From: an uncultured Gammaproteobacteria bacterium | Lineage (GTDB): Bacteria; Patescibacteriota; Patescibacteriia; UBA9934 | Length of the DNA stretch: 64,000 bases | Direction of reading: 5' to 3' | Assembly (NCBI GenBank): GCA_964401485.1 | Contig: CAYNYL010000001.1 | Coordinates: 67,834-131,833, forward strand | In this document: positions 57,435 through 64,000 of the stretch, piece by piece | Layout: every line of letters starts with the position of its first letter | How positions within the stretch are numbered: position 1 is the first letter of the stretch | Program-made: the position numbers and the translations under genes | The notes under the pieces: model-generated | The model's database searches: none | What the model was told of the DNA's origin: nothing | What the model saw: the letters and a program-made list of their open reading frames with translations, nothing else

Positions 57435-57922
57435 ACAGTTGGTAAAACAAGTGGTGGCTTCTCTTCTTTCTTTGGTTTCTCTTCATCGGCCTTTTTCGCA
57501 ATTCCCTCCGCGAGACGGGCACGGAAAATCGCTCCAAGAACTCCGTTCACAAATTTTCCCGAGGCCTCTCCCCCATAATTTTTCGCGAGCTCAATCGCTT
57601 CGTTAATTGCGACTTTCGAAGGAATCCCTTCGTCAAACATGAGCTCGTAGGCTCCGACGCGAAGAACGCTTCGATCGGTATTTGTCATCTCAGATAACGG
57701 CCACTCCGGAGCGAACTTTGTTAACGCTTCATCCACTTCGCCAAGATGAGAGATGATTCCCTCAACCTGTTTCTCAACGTACCCGCTATCGTCAAAACCC
57801 GGTGCAAACTCCTCGCGCACATGCTCAACCATTTCCGGAAGACGCTCGGTTGGTCGGCCGTGAAAGTCCCACTGAAACAGGACCTGCATGACCATGGTAC
57901 GAGCTAAATGACGATTCGACAT
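57431..57922 (-). CDS. nusB: Transcription antitermination factor NusB
   Basis: [13 protein letters not shown]...FVNGVL. Confidence 0.95.
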   Translation of the reverse strand: MSNRHLARTMVMQVLFQWDFHGRPTERLPEMVEHVREEFAPGFDDSGYVEKQVEGIISHLGEVDEALTKFAPEWPLSEMTNTDRSVLRVGAYELMFDEGIPSKVAINEAIELAKNYGGEASGKFVNGVLGAIFRARLAEGIAKKADEEKPKKEEKPPLVLPTV

Positions 57923-57981
57923 AGTGGTTCAAGTATACTAAAGGCGTTCGCAAAAACCAAACATGCCCCGAAGGGCATGTG

Positions 57982-58236
57982 TTATTCCGCTTTAGCGGTC
58001 TTCTTTTTCGTGGTCTTTTTTGGCTTGGTCGCTTTCGCTTCCGCCTTCTTTTCAACCGCCTTTTCAACGATCGCTTCAACCTTCTTTACTTTCTTCATCG
58101 CTGAAGGTGGAGCTCGGTGTGGAAGACGCGCTTCTCCGGTTTTCTTGTCGGTAACGATAAGAATCGGCTTGAGGGCGTGGTGCGATCGTCGTCGTCGGAC
58201 TTTTGAGCGTGAGCTTCTAAATGATGGTAATGGCAT
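57982..58236 (-). CDS. rpmF: 50S ribosomal protein L32, no Zn cysteines, with Lys/Ala-rich tail
   Basis: SRSKVRRRRSHHALK...GEARLPHRA; lies upstream of nusB-rnc. Confidence 0.8.
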   Translation of the reverse strand: MPLPSFRSSRSKVRRRRSHHALKPILIVTDKKTGEARLPHRAPPSAMKKVKKVEAIVEKAVEKKAEAKATKPKKTTKKKTAKAE

Positions 58237-58360
58237 AGACGGGTAAATTCAATGGGCAAATGATAACTGAAAGCGGTTTTTTCGTCAAGAATTGGGGTAA
58301 AAACATACGAAGAGACCGACCCTCTGGGGCGAGGGTCGGTCTAAGCCGGAGCACCGCGGT

Positions 58361-58843
58361 CTAGCGGGGATCCGGGTAGGAAGTGCGCGGGAGACGCGCC
58401 GTCGGACTGTTGCGAACCGGACCCTCCTTCTTCTTGCGGCGAGAAGGGTTCTCGCGGTGGGCGAAGACGAAGGTCGGCTCGATTCCGCTTGGGAGGTTGG
58501 CCGAGACCGTCTGCTCGATGAAGTAACGCACGCGAGCCTGCGTGGCGCCGTCACTCTTCGTCACGAGGGCACTCTCTTCCGAGACTTGCTTGACGAGAAC
58601 CCGATCCTTCACCTGCCCAAAAAGGACCGTTACCTCGATCAGGCTCTCGATCTTGTCGCTCGGAAGGAAGTTGTTTCCGAGGTGAGCATGAACCTGTCGA
58701 CTCGTCGGGATGCTCTTCGCGAGCGCCCGCCGAATTTGCGCAGAGAGTTCGTCGGGCGAACCGTCACCGATAAGTTGAACCGTGACGGTGAACCAGGTTT
58801 CCACCCCGAAAGGATGAGTCCGCTCAGGACGCTGACGTCGCAT
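58361..58843 (-). CDS. Hypothetical protein (GC-rich ORFan)
   Basis: GGAG SD, own promoter and downstream hairpin. Confidence 0.55.
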   Translation of the reverse strand: MRRQRPERTHPFGVETWFTVTVQLIGDGSPDELSAQIRRALAKSIPTSRQVHAHLGNNFLPSDKIESLIEVTVLFGQVKDRVLVKQVSEESALVTKSDGATQARVRYFIEQTVSANLPSGIEPTFVFAHRENPSRRKKKEGPVRNSPTARLPRTSYPDPR

Positions 58844-58913
58844 GAACACTCCAGATGCCGGAATTGGCGGGCGTATAGTAGCAAAAATCCTTGCATTTAG
58901 CAAGGATTTGCTC

Positions 58914-59450
58914 TTAGCCGCGGGATTCAACCACCGACCACTGCAAGTTACTGAAAAATGCCTCGATATACTTCGCTCGCTCGCTTGGAAGGTAATCGAT
59001 GAGGAAGGCGTGCTCCCAGACGTCCATCGCGAGAAGAACGGTCACCCCGGCCAAATGACCAAGTTCATGGTCGCTCACCCAAATATTCATCAACCGTCCC
59101 GTCACTTCGTCACGCACAAGAAGCACCCAACCGATTCCACGCATCATCCCCATCTTCTTAAACTCCGCCGTCCACGCCTCCTCGGTTCCCCACTGCGCCA
59201 CGATCGCCTCACCAACCTTCGAACCCGTCCCCTCCCGTTTTTCAAACTGCTCAAAATAGAGCTCATGTAGTCGCATTCCGTTAAACTCAAACGCCAATCC
59301 CTTTTCCGAATCCTTCTTATAATCAGAAGCGTCAGCCAAAATCCGATTTACGTTCTTCACATATCCTGCATAAAGCCCCAAATGTGCCTCGATTTGCTTT
59401 GACGATAGCCCCGCAAGTTCCCCGAATGAAAATGTTTTTACTTCATACAT
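58914..59450 (-). CDS. Fe/Mn superoxide dismutase family protein
   Basis: H..LY.GYV, LHELYF and DVWEHAF metal-ligand motifs. Confidence 0.88.
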   Translation of the reverse strand: MYEVKTFSFGELAGLSSKQIEAHLGLYAGYVKNVNRILADASDYKKDSEKGLAFEFNGMRLHELYFEQFEKREGTGSKVGEAIVAQWGTEEAWTAEFKKMGMMRGIGWVLLVRDEVTGRLMNIWVSDHELGHLAGVTVLLAMDVWEHAFLIDYLPSERAKYIEAFFSNLQWSVVESRG

Positions 59451-59536
59451 ATAGGCCGATTGTACTGTGGAAAAGTGCGGTTGTGAAGAGTGCCTTGGCA
59501 TGGCAAGATAGGACGGCTAATTACTAAGATGTACCT

Positions 59537-60205
59537 ATGAAGAAACTCGCCTTACTCGTTGCGAGCATCGCCCTTATTGGAGCGGGATGCCTTGCAAAAG
59601 AACCTGTTGAAACACCCGTTGTTACAGAAACCCAACCCGTTGTCCTTGTTGATGGAACTTACACGGTAAACGAAGGGAGCACGATTCGCTGGAGCGGACG
59701 AAAGCTCGGAACAGAGCATTTTGGAACAATCGGTCTTAAGTCAGGAACAGTAACCGTTGCAAACCAAGCGCTTACGAGCGGAGAATTGGTAATCGACGTT
59801 GGGACGCTTAAGGATGAGGATATCCAAATCGAAGCCCTCCGCAACCAACTCGAGAAGCACCTTAAGTCCGCAGACTTCTTCGATGTTGAGAAATTCCCAA
59901 CGGCAACAATTTCCATCATGGGAATCGAGGGAAGCACAGTGATCGCGAATGCAACAATCAAGGGCATTACAAAAGAAATCCGATTCCCTGTTGAACTCAT
60001 GACGGAAAATGATCTTCTCTACGTAAAGGGAACCTACGAAATGAACCGCGCGGATTTCGACATTCGCTACGGATCAAACACCTTCTTTGATAACCTCGGT
60101 GATTCGGCCGTCGCGGACGCCGTTCCTTTGACAATTGATCTCACTTTCAAAAGAGACGTTGTTGCAGAAGCGACAACCGAGGCAACGACAGAGGACAACG
60201 ACTAA
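59537..60205 (+). CDS. YceI family lipoprotein
   Basis: Lipobox LIGAGC, HLKSADFFDVEKFP, TIKGITK and NRADF. Confidence 0.9.
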   Translation: MKKLALLVASIALIGAGCLAKEPVETPVVTETQPVVLVDGTYTVNEGSTIRWSGRKLGTEHFGTIGLKSGTVTVANQALTSGELVIDVGTLKDEDIQIEALRNQLEKHLKSADFFDVEKFPTATISIMGIEGSTVIANATIKGITKEIRFPVELMTENDLLYVKGTYEMNRADFDIRYGSNTFFDNLGDSAVADAVPLTIDLTFKRDVVAEATTEATTEDND

Positions 60206-60255
60206 TACACAAATTAAAAACACCTCGCTCTCGCGGGGTGTTTTTTCGTTTAACA

Positions 60256-60606
60256 TTATTCCTCTACCGGAGTAGCCCTAACTGCATTTCCCCATTCTTG
60301 ACCCTCTCTCCAAATATGCAAGTACCAATACGCAGGCGCGGCAACGAATCCCGCCCAAAGAAGCGCGATCGACCACCCAATCTTTTCTTTCCAGTGCATA
60401 CCTTTATTCCTGTAGACCAAGCGAATGAAAAAGAAGGCCCCTAGTATGAGTAGTATTCCAATTATCAATACAACTAGTACGACAATTGTCACCTCAGTAT
60501 CAGTGTCGGCAATCGGTCCTGACGCAGTTAGAGCCGCGGTTGTTATTTTAAAAGCCGGGAACAGAAACGCTATAGCCCCCAACCCAATTTTTTTCACTTT
60601 TGTCAT
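60256..60606 (-). CDS. Hypothetical membrane protein (PLDc_N-like C-terminus)
   Basis: Hydrophobic segments and K..W.....(P)..YWY pattern. Confidence 0.55.
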   Translation of the reverse strand: MTKVKKIGLGAIAFLFPAFKITTAALTASGPIADTDTEVTIVVLVVLIIGILLILGAFFFIRLVYRNKGMHWKEKIGWSIALLWAGFVAAPAYWYLHIWREGQEWGNAVRATPVEE

Positions 60607-60624
60607 ATTCGCGTCTTTATTTCA

Positions 60625-60939
60625 TCAATCCCCAACCCTCCAAATAAACATCCTGCCATCATCGGTAAGCTCCATAAATTCAGAGTCCTCGGCCGCATCT
60701 TGACGCAAAGAAACGAAAACCTTAACACCCCCATCAAAATGGAGAACGGCCTCAGAATTCAACTCGACAAGATCCGTACATATTCGTCCCACAAGATCGG
60801 AAAACATCCCTCCTTCAATTTTTGATGCGGCGTATAAATTCAACACGCCGCCATGATCGAATCGAATCTGAAAGTAATCCTCCCCGCGATCGGCGCTAAG
60901 GACCATTTTACCTACCACACGGTCTCGAATAAGGTTCAT
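60625..60939 (-). CDS. Putative immunity protein for RHS cassette 1
   Basis: Small ORF starting 9 nt after the toxin stop; call is positional only. Confidence 0.55.
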   Translation of the reverse strand: MNLIRDRVVGKMVLSADRGEDYFQIRFDHGGVLNLYAASKIEGGMFSDLVGRICTDLVELNSEAVLHFDGGVKVFVSLRQDAAEDSEFMELTDDGRMFIWRVGD

Positions 60940-60947
60940 ATTTTGGA

Positions 60948-61835
60948 TTAATAATCAATCTGATGATGTGCCTCCTTCGGAGAAACAGTTTTTCCTGAAT
61001 AAGGATCCACTCCTTGACCAAGGCCATTTTGGTACTTAATATATCCTGTTGGATTTGGATTGTTTGGATCCATGATACGCATTTTATCAACCTGACCATT
61101 CGCCCCACCGTGTCCCCCTATGAATCCTGTTCCAGTCTGCGCACCGCTTCCGCCGATTGAAGGAACGGGTCCAACCGCCCCGTCAGGAACAGGATATGCG
61201 GTTCCTCCGGGCGTTACGATGAAATTAGGTACATTGCTCGAACCAGTTTGCACCGCCTTCTTAATCGGTCCATCAACCGCCTTCACCGCCGCCTCCCCGA
61301 CAATCAAACCTCCTTTCACCCCCTTCGAGCTAACCCCGGGAATTGCGAGTGCCGCTACTGCGATACCACGATCCGCGACAGACAGAGTCTTTCCGGTTGC
61401 TACATCCTTGCCTACGACCACCGAGTAAGCGTCGGAGAAGGTGTCGACACCGGGAGTAGCCGAGATCACCGACATCGTCGTTTTACTGATAGCGCGGTCA
61501 ATATTGATAATTGCCCGTACGGCCCATGTCGCCTTTATAGCCTTCATTCCACTAGGATCGTACATCGAGATCGGATTATTTCTTGCGTAGGCGTACTTGT
61601 TGAGAGACTGCGGATCGTAGTAGTCACCTTCCCAAGGATCCAGGCTTAAGAATCTTCCGGTGTCGGTCGAGAGGTAACGAGCTTCAAAATAGGAAAGATC
61701 GGTTTCTTCGTCTCGCTCTTTATTCGTGTAGTCGAAACGATTATCGGAAGGGGTACCAATGACCTCGTCCACGAGGACGTTACCATAGGGTTCATAGTAT
61801 TTGAAGGACACTAGATCTCCAGCATCGTCCGTCAT
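60948..61835 (-). CDS. Orphan RHS core + PT-TG + C-terminal putative toxin (cassette 1)
   Basis: YEPYG, YTNKERDEETDLSYFEARY...GRFLSLDP...NKYAYARNNPI..YDPSG, PT-TG-like segment and unique C-terminus. Upstream RHS sequence (to ~62000) is frameshifted near 61882. Confidence 0.85.
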   Translation of the reverse strand: MTDDAGDLVSFKYYEPYGNVLVDEVIGTPSDNRFDYTNKERDEETDLSYFEARYLSTDTGRFLSLDPWEGDYYDPQSLNKYAYARNNPISMYDPSGMKAIKATWAVRAIINIDRAISKTTMSVISATPGVDTFSDAYSVVVGKDVATGKTLSVADRGIAVAALAIPGVSSKGVKGGLIVGEAAVKAVDGPIKKAVQTGSSNVPNFIVTPGGTAYPVPDGAVGPVPSIGGSGAQTGTGFIGGHGGANGQVDKMRIMDPNNPNPTGYIKYQNGLGQGVDPYSGKTVSPKEAHHQIDY

Positions 61836-62018
61836 TACCGCAACAGATCCGAGGTGATCCGTGTGGATCCACTCTTCGGTTAGGTCGTTCCGTCGTCCGT
61901 TCGTTTGAAGACCGGCGCGCCGTTGAGAGAAAGGTGATGTTCGGTGTCGCCATTAGCCGTAATTACGTAGTCGCCGAGATATGCCGTTCCACCACCTTGA
62001 CGTTCAAGGCATTGCAAA

Positions 62019-62870
62019 CTACTCAAGCCGATCAAGATGAACCAATCTTAATTCATTAACCATTGGAAGCCACTTTTCTGATTTTTCGTCTATATCTTCC
62101 TCAAAATCTTCTTTAAAGATCTTGATAAGCTCCTCTTTGAGATCAGAAACATTCCCGTTTTCAAGAATTGCACCTATCCGCAAGGCTTCGTGGGAATAAT
62201 CAAAATCATCTCCATACTTCCTAAACTCCATAATGTCATATCGGTCGAGAATCGCTTCAACAATTTTTGTTCTACGCTCAATTCTTGGAAGATCCGTTAT
62301 CCAGGATGGCTCTGGAGGGAAAAAACCACTTGACCGTCTGTAAACATCCACTAAACGTTCAACTTCAAATTCGAGCATTTCGTGCAAGCTCCCCCAACTT
62401 CTTATCGAATCGCAGGTCTCCCGATCAATATGCTCGACTATGCCACTATTCACATCCATAATTAAGTAATCCGATTCTTGGCCTACGCTTCCTACAATCA
62501 TCTTATCGGCAGATAACCCAATAGGTCTCTCGTCTGTATTCGCGGTTACAATGTCAAACGGTAGCCACCGCCCCATCCCCATGCGATCGGAACGCCAGCG
62601 TTTTCCATAGATACTTAACCGACCAGCGAAGAGGCTTAATCCATTTGTTTCATGCAAGAACCGAATGAACTCAGGGTGAATCCGCCCGATTTGCGATTCG
62701 AGATGATTAATTTCTTCATCCGAAAGTGGGGCCCACAGAACATGATATTTAGCTTCCGATCCCAAGTGCTCTGCTCGACCCACGAGCTCAGTACCGCCAG
62801 GTAAAATCTCATAACCGGTTTCAATGACTAATCGTACGGCCGGGTTCAGGATATCTCTATATTTCTGCAT
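62019..62870 (-). CDS. SMI1/KNR4 (SUKH) family immunity protein with an extra C-terminal domain
   Basis: PLSDEEINHLESQIG.IHPEFIRFLHETNG motif; directly follows the GHH nuclease. Confidence 0.85.
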   Translation of the reverse strand: MQKYRDILNPAVRLVIETGYEILPGGTELVGRAEHLGSEAKYHVLWAPLSDEEINHLESQIGRIHPEFIRFLHETNGLSLFAGRLSIYGKRWRSDRMGMGRWLPFDIVTANTDERPIGLSADKMIVGSVGQESDYLIMDVNSGIVEHIDRETCDSIRSWGSLHEMLEFEVERLVDVYRRSSGFFPPEPSWITDLPRIERRTKIVEAILDRYDIMEFRKYGDDFDYSHEALRIGAILENGNVSDLKEELIKIFKEDFEEDIDEKSEKWLPMVNELRLVHLDRLE

Positions 62871-62873
62871 ACG

Positions 62874-63790
62874 TTATTCAACCAAATCCCCACTAGTAGG
62901 GTTTTGCCAATTTCCTCCATGTGCATCAAGATGCTCGTTGCGAGTTTTAAATGTAATATTATGCGGATCACCGGCAAGCTCCGGGTAGGCTTTTACGCTA
63001 TTGATATGATGACCTTGGAATCCGGAGGCTTTTCCTGTTTCGATAATTTCCTTAACTTGCTCTATGCAAACTTCAATGCAACCAAATATTCACGCCCGAT
63101 AGCGCAATGGGAACCGTAGCGGCAAACTGGGTAAATTCTATTTCCTGAGGCGTAAGCGGCTTCTGCGTCACCATGTTCACCCCAGAGACCGCCTCATACG
63201 AGTCTCGAAAATCGGATACACCGGGGATGAAGCTCGTGCCGAGGTCAACTATTGCCCCGAGCACCGCGTCGAGTCCGCGCATGATTCTAAATGCACTAAA
63301 CTTTTCCCCCGTCGGGTCATTGTACGTGATCGGATTATTTCTTGCGTAGGCGTACTTGTTGAGAGACTGCGGGTCGAAGTAATCTCCTTCCCATGGATCT
63401 TGGCTTAAGAATCTGCCGAGATCGGTTGAGAGGTATCTTGCTTCGAAGTAGGAAAGACCGGTTTCGGCGTCGCGTTCTTTGTTTGTGAACTCGAAGCGAT
63501 TTTCTGGAGGAGTACCAATGATCTCATCCACGAGGAGGTTACCATACGGTTCGTAATACTTGAAGGAGGTTAAATCTCCTTGGTCGTCGGTCATGGCAGA
63601 CACCGATCCAAGGTGATCAGCATGGATCCATTGGTCAGTGACGGTCATTCCATCGTCATGGCGCTCAAAGATTGGAGAACCGTTAAGAGAGAGGTGGTGC
63701 TCGGTGTCGCCGTTCGGGGCAATGACATAGTCTCCGAGGTAGACGGTGGTGTCGGAGGAGTTGACGATCTTTTGGATGCGGTCGCCGGCG
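62874..63790 (-). pseudogene. Start-less orphan RHS core + PT-TG + GHH-type nuclease toxin (cassette 2), broken
   Basis: The RHS frame (HADHLGS...DPTG) stops at 63073. Another frame encodes EQVKEIIETGKASGFQGHHINSVKAYPELAGDPHNITF...EHLDAHGGNW up to the stop at 62874. Confidence 0.8.
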
Positions 63791-64000
63791 CTACTCTATT
63801 ACAATGCCAATGTTTCTTAGTTGTTTTTTTGGATTCCAGTTGGCGGGCCTTGCCACTATACCGATATCCTCCGAATCCCATTTCATTCCCCCCTTGATCC
63901 AATTCTGACGATACTGATTTATGAGAACCTCTTCACTCTCCGTTTCCGAGTAGTCGGCATAACCCGTCTGAAAACCGCACGATGAACAGATCTCGTAGGA
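63791..64000 (-). CDS. Cys-containing putative immunity protein, 5' end outside the window
   Basis: Not in the ORF track. Manual translation SYEICSSCGFQTGYAD...YRQNWIKGGMKW...PANWNPKKQLRNI, a pattern typical of toxin loci. Confidence 0.65.
   Translation of the reverse strand, partial: SYEICSSCGFQTGYADYSETESEEVLINQYRQNWIKGGMKWDSEDIGIVARPANWNPKKQLRNIGIVIE

Noticed and set aside
58880-58912. Palindrome AAATCCTTGC-ATTTA-GCAAGGATTT
   Set aside because: Explained by a hairpin right after the SOD stop that overlaps the next promoter; no other copy seen.
61550-63750. Diversity-generating retroelement TR/VR pair
   Set aside because: The similarity is RHS core paralogy with largely synonymous differences, not adenine-specific changes, and no reverse transcriptase is present.
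63645-63902. 85-aa minus-strand ORF in the track
   Set aside because: Wrong frame; the other frames encode the RHS remnant and the Cys-containing immunity-like gene.
1-64000. Alternative genetic code (UGA = Gly) as in Gracilibacteria/Absconditabacteria
   Set aside because: Conserved genes are full length under code 11, and several end in TGA (scpA, map, truB, nusB).

Overview
Chromosomal segment of a small-genome bacterium using genetic code 11. It is most likely Patescibacteria/CPR: rpmD is absent from the spc cluster, ComEC is split, AspRS and IF2 are short, and ProRS is archaeal/eukaryote-type. The core consists of the str/S10/spc ribosomal protein clusters with fusA, tuf, secY, adk and map, plus aspS, leuS, proS, scpAB, recO, murA, ndk, ugd, trxA/trxB, infB, truB, rny, HU, rnc, nusB, rpmF and four tRNAs. 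GC-rich ORFan genes with their own promoter, Shine-Dalgarno (SD) site and terminator are interspersed among core genes that mostly lack SD sites. Main observations: (1) a ~510-nt highly structured ncRNA candidate with its own promoter and terminator beside two tRNAs (3983-4494); (2) a 189-nt 6S-like rod RNA upstream of a gene with a degenerate RelA/SpoT-like domain; (3) dispersed GATCACA...TGTGATC inverted-repeat elements, two of them upstream of degenerate ORF6N genes; (4) the tail of an RHS polymorphic-toxin/immunity array with start-less orphan cassettes; (5) pervasive leaderless starts and stop-N-ATG junctions; (6) candidate ribosomal-protein leader RNAs. All family calls come from motifs recognised by eye; no searches were run.
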